From: an uncultured Acidimicrobiia bacterium
Lineage (GTDB): Bacteria > Actinomycetota > Acidimicrobiia > Spongiisociales > UBA5794
Reading direction: 5' to 3'
NCBI GenBank assembly: GCA_963792895.1
Contig: CAWBYA010000007.1
Location: 986,305-1,050,304, forward strand
Length of the DNA: 64,000 bases
Shown: piece after piece, positions 40,497-52,281 of the stretch
How the letters are laid out: the number at the start of each line of letters is the position of its first letter
Numbering within the stretch: the first letter of the stretch is position 1
The notes under the pieces: generated by a model
The model's database searches: none
Seen by the model: only the letters and a program-made list of their open reading frames with translations
What the model was told of the DNA's origin: nothing
Made by a program: the position numbers and the translations under genes

Positions 40497-40670
40497 TCAC
40501 TTGTCTCCTGCATCGTCGAGGGAGCCTCCACCGGCCCGGCCGGCAAGATCCGGGGCGACAACGAAGACCGCTGCGATTCCCCAGGTGAGGGCGCAGGTCA
40601 GCGTGGAGAAGGTTCCGAACCTACGCTCGCGGGTTGTGGTCTCGGCTGGTGCCATCTCTGTGACGGCCAT
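40497..40670 (-). CDS. 57-aa small membrane peptide translationally coupled (TGA-ATG adjacent) to the ABC ATPase
   Basis: MAVTEMAPAETTTRERRFGTFSTLTCALTWGIAAVFVVAPDLAGRAGGGSLDDAGDK: one TM. Existence as a gene is uncertain. Confidence 0.3.
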   Translation of the reverse strand: MAVTEMAPAETTTRERRFGTFSTLTCALTWGIAAVFVVAPDLAGRAGGGSLDDAGDK

Positions 40671-40918
40671 TGGCTCGCCTTTCGTCGGGTGGTACGAAGC
40701 TATGGCGACTCGAGCGGTGCGTCGTCGGAGCGTGGGCTGGTTCTGCTCTCCCACCCAGGGTTGAGTCGGAGACAGCCCACGATCAGTAGCCCAACGTCCT
40801 GGTCGCCGGTTTCGAGGCCGGTGCCGGTCATGGGTGCGTCCCAACTGCATGGCAAGGTCGCGACCCTGCCATGCAATTGAGAACACACGCGACAGGTGAG
40901 ATCGTCCCTACCCAGGTT

Positions 40919-41665
40919 TCAGACGACATCCCGACGGGTGACGGCGACGAGACCGATGGCTGCAGGCACGAGGGCCCACATCGCGATAGCCGCGATCGCC
41001 GCTCCCATGCTCACTCCGTTGTCCACTCCGGAGACCACGTTGGCGAGGGTGCTGGGCACCCAGGAGGCTGTCTCGCGGACCATCTGCACGGCGAGCGGCG
41101 GCAGAATGAGCAGCAGCAGGATCGCACCGGTGACCGCACCGCCCGTGTTGCGGACAAGGGCGCCAATCCCGGCACCGAGCACGGCACCGGCACCTCCGGC
41201 GATAGTTGATGCTGCGAGGACCTGCCCCAGATCGGCGCCAGAGACCATGAACCCGTAGTCAGTCGCCGTCAGCCCACCGATTACCGAAGCGGCGCTCATC
41301 CCAGCGCCGATGAGTCCGAGCAAGCTGCCGGCGACGAAGGCCGCCGAGAGCTGCGCGAGGACTGCTTGGGGTCGACGGGGTGTGGTCAGGAAGGTGAGAA
41401 CGACTGTGCCGTGACCGTATTCGCGGGCGACGGCGATGGCGCCGAACAGCCCTGCAATCAGGAGGGCGTTCCCAGCAAAGGCCATCAGCGACTGCTGGTC
41501 TTCCGCGGTGGAGATGAAGGTCTTGCTGCCATCCATATCGGTGCCAAACGCCACGGCGATAGCGGTCGCCGCACCGATCGCGACGAGCACGGCGAGAAAG
41601 GCCAACGGCATCCTCGTGCTGGTCAGTTTGCGGAGTTCGGCCCGCACGGTTCGGAGCCAGTTCAT
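40919..41665 (-). CDS. ABC-2 type transporter permease
   Basis: MNWLRTVRAELRKL... with 6 TM helices; ATGA overlap with the upstream ATPase. Confidence 0.65.
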   Translation of the reverse strand: MNWLRTVRAELRKLTSTRMPLAFLAVLVAIGAATAIAVAFGTDMDGSKTFISTAEDQQSLMAFAGNALLIAGLFGAIAVAREYGHGTVVLTFLTTPRRPQAVLAQLSAAFVAGSLLGLIGAGMSAASVIGGLTATDYGFMVSGADLGQVLAASTIAGGAGAVLGAGIGALVRNTGGAVTGAILLLLILPPLAVQMVRETASWVPSTLANVVSGVDNGVSMGAAIAAIAMWALVPAAIGLVAVTRRDVV

Positions 41666-42621
41666 TGTTCCTCCTTTGTGTCGGACTGGGTTCCGCCACC
41701 AACCGCGTCTCCGGTCCAAGCGAAGAAGCGATCCTCTAGCGAGTCGGTGTGGCGTGACAGTTCATGCAGGGCAATGCCGGCGCGGAAGGCCTGCTCCCCG
41801 ATCTCGTCGAGGGAGAGGCCACGGACCACCAGGGTGCCGGGCTGCCCGGACTCAACGACGCCGCCTGCCCCTTCGAGAGCCACTCGCAGAGCCTCCGGCG
41901 AGGTAGCCCGGACGAGGGATGCGGTTTGGCGCAGCTCAGCCAGCGACCCTTGGGTCACCAATCGGCCCTTGTTGACGACGATGACATCGTCGGCGAGCTG
42001 CTCCACTTCGCCGAGCAGGTGGCTGGACACGAACACCGTGTTGCCTTCCGCTGCTCGCGACCGCAGCAGATTCCGCAAGAAACGAACTCCTTGCGGATCC
42101 AAGCCGTTGCCGGGCTCATCGAGAACGAGAACGGGTGGATCGCACAGAAGTGCGGTGGCGAGTCCCAGACGCTGTTTCATGCCGAGCGAGTAGGCGCCGG
42201 CGTGCCGGTTCGCAGCGTTACCGAGATCTACGAGTTCGAGGACCTCGTCCACCCGGTCCAAAGGCGTTCCAGTGGCGTCTGCCAGAATCCGGAGGTGGTT
42301 TCGCCCGCTTCGTCCAGGATGGAATGCATCGCTCTCGACGCTGGCGCCCACAGTTCCGGTGGGGTCGGACAGCTCGCCGTAGGCGAGACCGCCGATGGTC
42401 GCCTGTCCGCTGGTTGGAGAGGCCAGGCCGAGCAGGACCTTCATCGTTGTGGACTTCCCCGCACCGTTTGGGCCGAGAAAACCCGTCACCCGTCCGGGAT
42501 TGACAGCGAACGACAGGTCGTCGACGACGGCGGCCCCGCCGTAGCTCTTGGTGACGTGTTCGATGGAAATGGGGTACGACCGAGCTTTGGGCCTGGTTGT
42601 CTGGTCGGATATCTGCTTCAT
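41662..42621 (-). CDS. ABC transporter ATP-binding protein
   Basis: Walker A GPNGAGKST, signature motif, Walker B VLVLDEP. Confidence 0.85.
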   Translation of the reverse strand: MKQISDQTTRPKARSYPISIEHVTKSYGGAAVVDDLSFAVNPGRVTGFLGPNGAGKSTTMKVLLGLASPTSGQATIGGLAYGELSDPTGTVGASVESDAFHPGRSGRNHLRILADATGTPLDRVDEVLELVDLGNAANRHAGAYSLGMKQRLGLATALLCDPPVLVLDEPGNGLDPQGVRFLRNLLRSRAAEGNTVFVSSHLLGEVEQLADDVIVVNKGRLVTQGSLAELRQTASLVRATSPEALRVALEGAGGVVESGQPGTLVVRGLSLDEIGEQAFRAGIALHELSRHTDSLEDRFFAWTGDAVGGGTQSDTKEEQ

Positions 42622-42860
42622 GGCGCTCCTCCGTTGATCCTCGCCGTTGCCAGGCCGATAGGGGGTTGCAACGCCGTGGTCACTGTTCCCATCTGCGTGA
42701 CCGTGTCAACGTATGCGGTCGGCCTTGGGATGTCGCCAGCCCGGAGGGTGGATCAAGCATCAACCCGTGGGGGGAAAGCACCGAAGAATCGCCGGCCCAA
42801 GAGAGCGTTTCATGCCCGAGGGTCACCGGGCCCGGGTCGGCCGATCCTGGGGTGGTGCCG

Positions 42861-43538
42861 TCAGTAGCCGGCGTCTTGTTCGCCGGGTTCGACGAGCCCG
42901 CTCTCGTAGGAGAAGACCACTGCCTGAGCCCGGTCCCGCAGTCCGAGCTTGGTGAACACACTGTTGATGTGCGATTTGACGGTTGCAGCCCCGATGAAGA
43001 GATGTTCCGAGATCTCGCTGTTGTTGTAGCCGCGGCCGATTGCGGTGAGCACCTCACGTTCGCGATCCGTCAGTCGCTCGAGACGAGCAGCGGCTGCGGT
43101 ATCGCCGGCGAGACGCCGGGTGAACCGTCCGATGAGACGTTTGGTGATGGACGGAGCGAGCAAGGCCCCACCGTCGGCCACGGTGCGCACCGCGGATACC
43201 AGTTCGGCTCGAGGGATGTCCTTCAGCACAAAGGCGCTGGCACCGGCTTTCAAGGCTTCGTACACGTATTCGTCGGGGTCGAAGGTGGTCAGGATGACGA
43301 CCCTCGCCGGCCAATCTGCCTCGCCCAAGATACGCCGGGTCGCCTCCAGGCCGTCCATCTCCGGCATGCGAATGTCCATGAGGATCACATCGGGCCTGTG
43401 AGAGAGCGCCGCCTCGACCGCTTCCACGCCGGTGCCCGCCTCAGCGACCACCTCGATGTCGTCCTCGTGATCGAGGACCATGGCAAACCCGTCACGGACC
43501 AGAGCCTGATCGTCGACAACCAATACTCGAATGCTCAC
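42861..43538 (-). CDS. two-component response regulator, LuxR/NarL family
   Basis: MSIRVLVVDDQALVRDGF...DVILMDIRMPEMDG receiver domain plus a C-terminal LuxR HTH (REREVLTAIGRGYNNSEISEHLFIGAATVKSHI). Confidence 0.9.
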   Translation of the reverse strand: MSIRVLVVDDQALVRDGFAMVLDHEDDIEVVAEAGTGVEAVEAALSHRPDVILMDIRMPEMDGLEATRRILGEADWPARVVILTTFDPDEYVYEALKAGASAFVLKDIPRAELVSAVRTVADGGALLAPSITKRLIGRFTRRLAGDTAAAARLERLTDREREVLTAIGRGYNNSEISEHLFIGAATVKSHINSVFTKLGLRDRAQAVVFSYESGLVEPGEQDAGY

Positions 43539-44764
43539 GACGGACTGCGTTCGAGGGGCAGGCGAGCCATGATCCGAAACCCGCCACCGAGTCGGGGGCC
43601 CGCTTCGAAAGTACCTCCGAGGAGCGCTGCCCGTTCCCGCATCCCCACCAGGCCTTGACCCGAACCGGGCAGCGTCGTTGCTCCCTGGCCCCGATCGGTC
43701 ACCTCGATCGTGAGCATCTGGTCGTCGACGGACAGCCGCACTTCGGCTTCCGGGTCTCGTCCGGCATGTTTGAGCACGTTTGTGAGGGCCTCCTGGACGA
43801 TTCGGTACGAGGCAAGGTCCACCTTGGCCGGGAGGTCACCGGGAGCGCCATTCTTGGACAGCGACACGTCCATCCCGGCACCCCTCATCTCCTCTACGAG
43901 GCCGGGGACGTCCGAAAGACGGTGCATGGGTACGAGACCCTCCCGCTTATCGTCGCTGCGGAGAACGCCGAGTACCTGACGCAACTCGCGGAGAGCTTCA
44001 CGCCCCTCTTTCTCTACTGCCTCCATGGCTCGAACAGCCCTTTGGGGGTCGCTGGCGGCCACGGTTTGTGCGGCGCCGGCTTGAACCGTGATCATGCTCA
44101 CGCGATGTGCGACCAGGTCGTGCAGTTCGCGGGCGATCCGGCTTCGCTCCTCATCCACGGCTCGCCGCGCTTGCGCAACCCGCTCCCGTTCCAGGTACTC
44201 GGCTCGCTCCTCGAGAAGTGCCAGATACTCTCTCCGCCCCGCGATTCGCCGCCCCACATACCAAGGCACGAACACCAGTGCCAGTGACAATCCCATGACC
44301 GAGACCGGTTCGCTCTCGATCACGTCGTCGGCAAAGACGAGTGTCACCGCCCCAGCCAGCGCAAGGAGGCTGATGCGGTTCTCCTCTATGTAGCGGCCAA
44401 CCGAATACAGGGAAACGAAGATCGACAGCGACGGGCCACTCGCCAGGCCGATCACGTCCCACACCAGCGACGCGACCAGGGTTGCGGCGAGGACGATCAG
44501 CGGACGGCTTCTCCGCCACAGGAGAGCGATGCTGCTGGCGGCGAGCAGAAGGTAGGTGGCAGGAGGCACATCACCGAGCATCGAGATGGAGAAGTCGCCT
44601 GACTCGTTGGCCATCCGTCCGAGGATCCCGCCCACCTCGAGAACGAACACGACGACGGCAAGCGCCGTGTCAGACGAGCGAGGCCACCGAGTGACGAAAC
44701 CTCGGCGGGGACGAGTCGGTTCGCCCCGAGGAAACGCAGGGCCTGAAGAGGTGCCGGTCACCAT
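43535..44764 (-). CDS. sensor histidine kinase (HisKA_3/NarX-LiaS-like)
   Basis: Multi-TM sensor, H-box ERSRIARELHDLVAHRVSMI, HATPase_c G-boxes; 4-nt overlap with the response regulator. Confidence 0.85.
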   Translation of the reverse strand: MVTGTSSGPAFPRGEPTRPRRGFVTRWPRSSDTALAVVVFVLEVGGILGRMANESGDFSISMLGDVPPATYLLLAASSIALLWRRSRPLIVLAATLVASLVWDVIGLASGPSLSIFVSLYSVGRYIEENRISLLALAGAVTLVFADDVIESEPVSVMGLSLALVFVPWYVGRRIAGRREYLALLEERAEYLERERVAQARRAVDEERSRIARELHDLVAHRVSMITVQAGAAQTVAASDPQRAVRAMEAVEKEGREALRELRQVLGVLRSDDKREGLVPMHRLSDVPGLVEEMRGAGMDVSLSKNGAPGDLPAKVDLASYRIVQEALTNVLKHAGRDPEAEVRLSVDDQMLTIEVTDRGQGATTLPGSGQGLVGMRERAALLGGTFEAGPRLGGGFRIMARLPLERSPS

Positions 44765-44973
44765 CACCGCATGATGACACAGTCGCCGTGGACTCGAAGG
44801 CCTGGCATGCACATGGAGACCACGCTAGGTCGGCTTCTGGCTACCCGCACGGACTCCCTGGTGGATTGCATTCTCCAACCAAGGGTGGAGACCACGATGA
44901 CCCGTCGGGTTGGAGACGCAAGGTCCTCCGAACCATACGTTTGGCTCCACACCTCGGAATGAGAGGAGCCGAC

Positions 44974-46326
44974 GTGAATCGCAGCGATGTGGACGTGTCA
45001 AACCCTGAAACTCGGCGATCGGCCCCAGCCCGCGGGCGGGGTGGCCGGTCGCCTGGTGGACCCTTGCGGCGGGTGATGTTGCTGCGAGATTTCCGGCTTC
45101 TCTTCACCGGCACCGCGACATCCCTCCTAGGCGATCAGTTCGCTCTGATCGCAACGCCGTGGCTCGTATTGCAGTTGACAGGCGACCCGCTCGCTCTTGG
45201 CGTCGTGCTGGCGTTGGAGGGTATACCGCGGGCCGCCTTCATGCTGGTCGGCGGCGCCATCACCGACCGGTTCGACGCTCGGCGGGTCATGCTGATCTCC
45301 GACATCGTCCGTCTCGTACTGACTGCGGTGATGGCCGGGGTCGTGGTCACCGGGAACGTCGACATGTGGATGGTCTACTGCTTTGCGCTGGGGTTCGGCC
45401 TGGTGGCTGGGTTCGCCATACCCGCACAAAACAGCATCGTGCCCATGCTGGTCAGCGAGGACGACCTTCAGGCGGGCAACTCGATCACCATGGGCGTCAC
45501 CCAACTGGCGGGGTTCGTAGGACCGAGCATCGCTGGAGTGGCAATCGCCGGATTCTCCGAGTTGACACTCGGCATTGCGCTCGCCTTCCTGATCGACGCG
45601 GGAACATTCGCCGTGTCCACCGCATGCCTGTGGCTTATTCGCGGTGCGAGAAGAAACGTCGACGACCGCCCCGAGGAGAGCCTCTGGGCATCAATCGGCG
45701 AAGGTGTCAAGTACCTGTGGCGTGACGATGCGCTGCGTCTCATGTTCATGATTCTCATCGTCGTCAACTTCTTCGTCGTCGGGCCGCTCCTCGTTGGGAT
45801 CCCGGTTCTCTCCCACGAGCGCCTGTCGCAGGGCGCGATGGCGTTCGGTCTGCTGATGGGGGCGTTTTCCGTCGGGAATCTGATCGGCTACCTCGTCGCC
45901 GGCTCGCTCACCCGTCCGTCGGGTCGGACGATCCGAACGATCATCGTCGGCCTGCTGGCCGCCTTTGGGGCGGTGGTCGGATCGCTCGGCTTCATCAGCC
46001 AGATGTGGCTGGGGTTCGGCCTTCTCCTCTTGCTCGGATTGGGGAACGGCTACCTTGCCATCATCCTGTTCACCTGGATCCAAAGACGCGTCTCCCGGAG
46101 CATGTTGGGGCGGACGATGAGCCTTCTCACCTTCTCCAGCCTCGGTCTGGTGTCGGTGTCGCAGGCGATCTCCGGGGCCGTCGGCAAGTGGAATCTCGAC
46201 GTCCTGTTCGTCGCCGCCGGCGGTCTCGTCTTGACCTTGACCGTGTGGACCGCAGTTCACCCGAGTCTGGGCGTGCTCAGCGAGAACCTGGCCCGCTCCG
46301 CACCGGCAGGCGAGACGAATGACTGA
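44974..46326 (+). CDS. MFS transporter (start uncertain)
   Basis: 12-TM MFS topology, motif GAITDRFDARRVM. Confidence 0.7.
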   Translation: MNRSDVDVSNPETRRSAPARGRGGRSPGGPLRRVMLLRDFRLLFTGTATSLLGDQFALIATPWLVLQLTGDPLALGVVLALEGIPRAAFMLVGGAITDRFDARRVMLISDIVRLVLTAVMAGVVVTGNVDMWMVYCFALGFGLVAGFAIPAQNSIVPMLVSEDDLQAGNSITMGVTQLAGFVGPSIAGVAIAGFSELTLGIALAFLIDAGTFAVSTACLWLIRGARRNVDDRPEESLWASIGEGVKYLWRDDALRLMFMILIVVNFFVVGPLLVGIPVLSHERLSQGAMAFGLLMGAFSVGNLIGYLVAGSLTRPSGRTIRTIIVGLLAAFGAVVGSLGFISQMWLGFGLLLLLGLGNGYLAIILFTWIQRRVSRSMLGRTMSLLTFSSLGLVSVSQAISGAVGKWNLDVLFVAAGGLVLTLTVWTAVHPSLGVLSENLARSAPAGETND

Positions 46327-46504
46327 GGGCCGGGGTTGGGGCATCGGGACGTGGCTGAGGCTGCTCAGTGTTCTCGCACTTTGCGCCGAAACGCAGGGCG
46401 TCCGTTGCGCGAGAAGGTGCGATGGGATGGCCAACAACGCGAAATGCCGCGAAGCCAAAGGCGCCTGAGAGGCATTGCACGGACTTCGGCTTGTCTGCGC
46501 ACCG

Positions 46505-46765
46505 GCACGGTCTGTCTCCCCGCCGGCTATATGGCTGAGCATGTGGAGTTGGGGTATGCCCAGACCAGTCACGCCACCCAAGGGCGCACCGTCGACACCC
46601 GCCCTCCTCTACCTCGACGTCCCCACCGACACCCGCGGCACCTACACTCCCATGACCCGCGGACGCCTCGCCAACCACGCCTTCGTCGTCGTCGACGCCA
46701 ACCAGACCGCCCGCGACGTCCTCACCCAGGCGCTCACTCGCTACTGGATCGACCACCCCGCACCG
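46505..46765 (+). pseudogene. second copy of the relaxase 3'-end fragment (~85-90% identical to 31290-31560), frameshifted
   Basis: PAGYMAEHVELGYAQTSHATQGRTVDT...LLYLDVPTDTRGTYTPMTRGRLANHAFVVVDANQTARDVLTQALTRYWIDHP vs PAGYVAQHVELGYAQTSHATQGRTVDTALLYLDAPTDTRGVYTPMTRGRHANHAYVV... Carries an extra C (gacacccgcc vs gacaccgcc). Confidence 0.6.
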
Positions 46766-46829
46766 AGAGGGCGACCAACGTCGAAGGGCGGTCAGACTCA
46801 GGATCACGGATACGAAGGGAGATCACGCT

Positions 46830-47363
46830 ATGGGCGAGGAGAGCGTGGATGGAAGCGAGCCTGCCGGTCGGAGGAAGCTGCTAGTAGCGATGTTGCACAC
46901 GTTGGCCGGACCGACCGTCTTTGATCATCTGTACGGGCTCGCCGGGGAGTCACCGACGGAATTCCATTTGATGATGCCCGTCCTGCGTCCGGACTACGGC
47001 TTGACCTGGACCGAGGCCCAAGCCCGCAAGGATGCCAAAGATCGGCTGGCGATCATGCTCGAGTTCATGACCAGAGCCGGACTGTCTGCAACTGGTGAGA
47101 CCCGAACCGAGTCGCCACCTGAGGCCCTTGAAGCGGTCGCTTCGGGGCCGGCGGGGCCGTTCGATGGCGTGGTGGTGGTGTGGCGGCAGAGGAAGCATCG
47201 GTGGCTGTTCGGACGAGAGGGTGAGCGGTTCGAGGAGGTACTTGGAATCCCGGTCAAAGCGATCCGGGCTGATCCGCCCATTCGGGACAGCAACATCGAG
47301 GATCCCGGCCAACTTCGTGAGATCTTCGAGGAAAACGCCAAACGTCAGGGTTGGGGGCCGTAG
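46830..47363 (+). CDS. hypothetical protein
   Basis: 177-aa ORF adjacent to the relaxase fragment; no family recognised. Confidence 0.3.
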   Translation: MGEESVDGSEPAGRRKLLVAMLHTLAGPTVFDHLYGLAGESPTEFHLMMPVLRPDYGLTWTEAQARKDAKDRLAIMLEFMTRAGLSATGETRTESPPEALEAVASGPAGPFDGVVVVWRQRKHRWLFGREGERFEEVLGIPVKAIRADPPIRDSNIEDPGQLREIFEENAKRQGWGP

Positions 47364-47685
47364 AAGCACGCCACACCAGAGGTCGCGGTCGGCTCTCAGT
47401 CTCTCTTCTTCGGCGGCCGCGGTGGTCCAAGGCCGCGGTGCCACGACGTTGTAGTCGTGGGTCATCGTCCCCACCCGCCCTGGTCTCATCGGCAGAGTCG
47501 CGACACGTCTCGTACAAGCGACCAACAACTGTCTCGCATCGAGCGACTGCGGACCGTGCATGAGCGAGAGCTGGGTCGGTCACGTCGGGAGCGCCAACCG
47601 TCGGCTGCGGGTTCGAAACGCCGGTGCTCCACCAGCGAATCGTAGGATCGGATCGAAACCCGGCGCGCCGGCTCCTTGTTCGCAA

Positions 47686-48012
47686 TCAAAACCAACAATC
47701 GGGGCCGCGCGCGACCCTTCCGGTCTCATCGATGTCGACGCCGTCGGCTCTCAGCAGCGGTTCCTGGGTGCGTCGGTGGGTTCGATACAGGCGACCGGAC
47801 GAGGGGATCACGCGCCACCAGGGCAGATCGGGTACCTGGCGCATGACGTTGGCGACGGCCTGCGCCGATCCCGGATGGCCGGCCTCCTCCGCGACCTCGC
47901 CGTACGTCGCAACATCGCCGGGTCGGAGCGACGCAACGACTGCGATGACGGCGCGCTGAAACTCCGTGGGGTTCTCGGGCGGGTTCGGCAAACCACCGGG
48001 CGGCATCGTCAT
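47686..48012 (-). CDS. atl: alkyltransferase-like protein (MGMT family lacking the catalytic Cys; PWWRV)
   Basis: ...ATYGEVAEEAGHPGSAQAVANVMRQVPDLPWWRVIPSSGRL: Ogt DNA-binding fold with Trp in place of the PCHRV cysteine. Confidence 0.65.
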   Translation of the reverse strand: MTMPPGGLPNPPENPTEFQRAVIAVVASLRPGDVATYGEVAEEAGHPGSAQAVANVMRQVPDLPWWRVIPSSGRLYRTHRRTQEPLLRADGVDIDETGRVARGPDCWF

Positions 48013-48053
48013 GGGCCCGAGATGCTATCCGTAGCGAATCGGCCCCGATCGGC

Positions 48054-50398
<2,345 letters not shown>

Positions 50399-50399
<1 letters not shown>

Positions 50400-50635
50400 C
50401 AGTCTTCGGGAAGAGCGGCGAACGCCCGCTTGGTGTTCCGATACCACGACATTCCGGAGATGGGGTGCTTCCATCGACCCTTCATGTCCTTCAAAGCGTC
50501 GGCGTGCGCTTCATCGCCGGCCGCGACAACATCTTTGAGGTGCTGGTCTTGCGCCTTGATCACCTCATCAGCGGTATTCCCATGGAGCGGGAAATCGCAT
50601 GCTCCACCCAATTGCCTGCATGTCATTGTCTTCAT
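50399..50635 (-). CDS. DUF1059 family small protein
   Basis: MKTMTCRQLGGACDFPLHGNTADEVIKAQDQHLKDVVAAGDEAHADALKDMKG matches the DUF1059 pattern. Its stop overlaps the UvrA-like ATG (TGATG). Confidence 0.65.
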
Positions 50636-50940
50636 GTGTCTCTCTCTTCGGCTCGGAGTCTTCGATGTTCAGCCGGGTCAGGCTTGGTCGGTGTGCACCA
50701 TGTCGCCGGACAGGTCCCGTTCCGCGAAGTCTCGCGCGCCCCGGCTGATACTCCTGCCCTCAACCCTGCGGAATCGGCGCGCAGTGTGCTTCTTCGATCC
50801 TGCTGGTCGGCAGATACGGGGGACTTGCCTGGCAACGCAAACCGGCTCGGGACGAGCCCGCGTTGGTCACGGTCCCAGGCCCCTTGCGCTGAGTCGCGAG
50901 CTCACTCTCGGATTGCGCCCAGCGGTGTCGGTCGCAGGCA

Positions 50941-51370
50941 TCAGAGGAGCGAGAAGGCGACGAGGGCACAGGCCACACACAAGGTGGCCATGCCCGCGAT
51001 GAACAGGCGGTCGGCGTAGCTCTCGAGCCGCTTCGCTCGCTCTCGGACCGGCGCCCGCAGCGAGGTGTACGCCAGCAGGGACGGTGCCAGGAAGCACACG
51101 GAGTCAACAGCGAGGATTTCGTCGGCGATGGTATTGAAACCGGCTTCAGGTTGATGCCGATGCGAATGATGCCGACGACGGTCAGGCATACCCCGACCAA
51201 ACCGGCGGACACACCGAAGACATGGACGCTCATGTCCGCTTCAATGGTCGACCGGGAGCGCCCGTTGGCCTTGCGTCTCTCGGCCCCGGCCTCTTCTGTC
51301 GCGGGCAGGATGTCGTCGTGATTCAATGCCGCGTCACCTCCGAGTCGTCGTATGCGCAATGCTCGCACAG
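50941..51370 (-). CDS. possible small membrane protein split over two frames (very uncertain)
   Basis: Two overlapping minus-strand ORFs with hydrophobic segments (GVSAGLVGVCLTVVGIIRIGI / FIAGMATLCVACALVAFSLL) could be one gene broken near 51140. Confidence 0.25.
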
Positions 51371-51693
51371 TGTGGTCTCACACAGGCGACCGACGACGGT
51401 GACGGTGGCCACGGCGCAGCAGTGCCTTCGCCTGCTCGATCCGCCGCGTCGTCAGCTAGGGGTAGGGCGTCGCTTCGTACGTCGCCCGGAACCGGCGCGA
51501 GAAGTGTGCGGTCCGACATCAGGGCAGCTCGGACGAGCGCGGCGACGTTCAGTGGCTGCGCGTACTCCCATCCATCAGATCACGAGCGCGGCGCAGGTAG
51601 GCGAGGTTGGCGAGCTCCTCCGGCGTCGCCGTGTCGAAGTCGCGGGCCCCATCCGAGCCGGTCTCGAGCGCTGACGGCAATCCCCGCACCCCG

Positions 51694-52131
51694 CTAGCTG
51701 TTGAGCGCCCAGCGCTCGGCCCATGACGCCGGAAAGCGGTAGGGAAGCGCGTAGACATACCTGATGAGCTGACCCTGGTGCTGTGCCTCGTGCTCGAGCA
51801 GATCGAGCAGGAGGCCGTGCCGCGCAGAGTCCCACGCAACGCCGGCGATAGCCGCTTCGAACGTCCTGGCCGACGACTCGAGCGCAGCACGCACGACGGC
51901 CCTTCTGGCCGAATCTTCGTAGGCGAGCGAGTTGTCGTACCCGACCCATACTCCCTCGACGATTGCGCTCGTGAAGCTCTCGCGTGCCCCGTTGATGCAC
52001 CAGAGCTGTTGACCGATCGTGCTGGAAGGCACAGGCAACGCCTGGCCGAGAGCCTCCTCTGGAAGGTGTTCAACGAGTTCGCTGTGAGCGGCAAACATCG
52101 CCTGTACATGGGTGATGACTGCTTCTCGCAT
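51694..52131 (-). CDS. DinB/YfiT-like metal-dependent hydrolase family protein
   Basis: MREAVITHVQAMFAAHSELVEHL...HEAQHQGQLIRYVYAL is the DinB_2 four-helix pattern with His ligands. Confidence 0.6.
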   Translation of the reverse strand: MREAVITHVQAMFAAHSELVEHLPEEALGQALPVPSSTIGQQLWCINGARESFTSAIVEGVWVGYDNSLAYEDSARRAVVRAALESSARTFEAAIAGVAWDSARHGLLLDLLEHEAQHQGQLIRYVYALPYRFPASWAERWALNS

Positions 52132-52281
52132 CTGCGATGACCTCCTATTCGTGCCGCTCGGTCGAGTCTCGTCGTCTCGGTCCCAATCCGTGGTCTCGCT
52201 CGCTCCCTCTCGATCGGCCAAGTCGGTGAGGGCCTCAGTTTGCTGGTGCGGCTCGGCGTCCCGGGGGGTAGCCTTCCGCCG

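Noticed and set aside
40497-40670. RiPP or lanthipeptide precursor upstream of the ABC transporter
   Set aside because: There is no leader/core architecture and no modification enzymes nearby. It is more likely a small membrane accessory protein or a non-gene.
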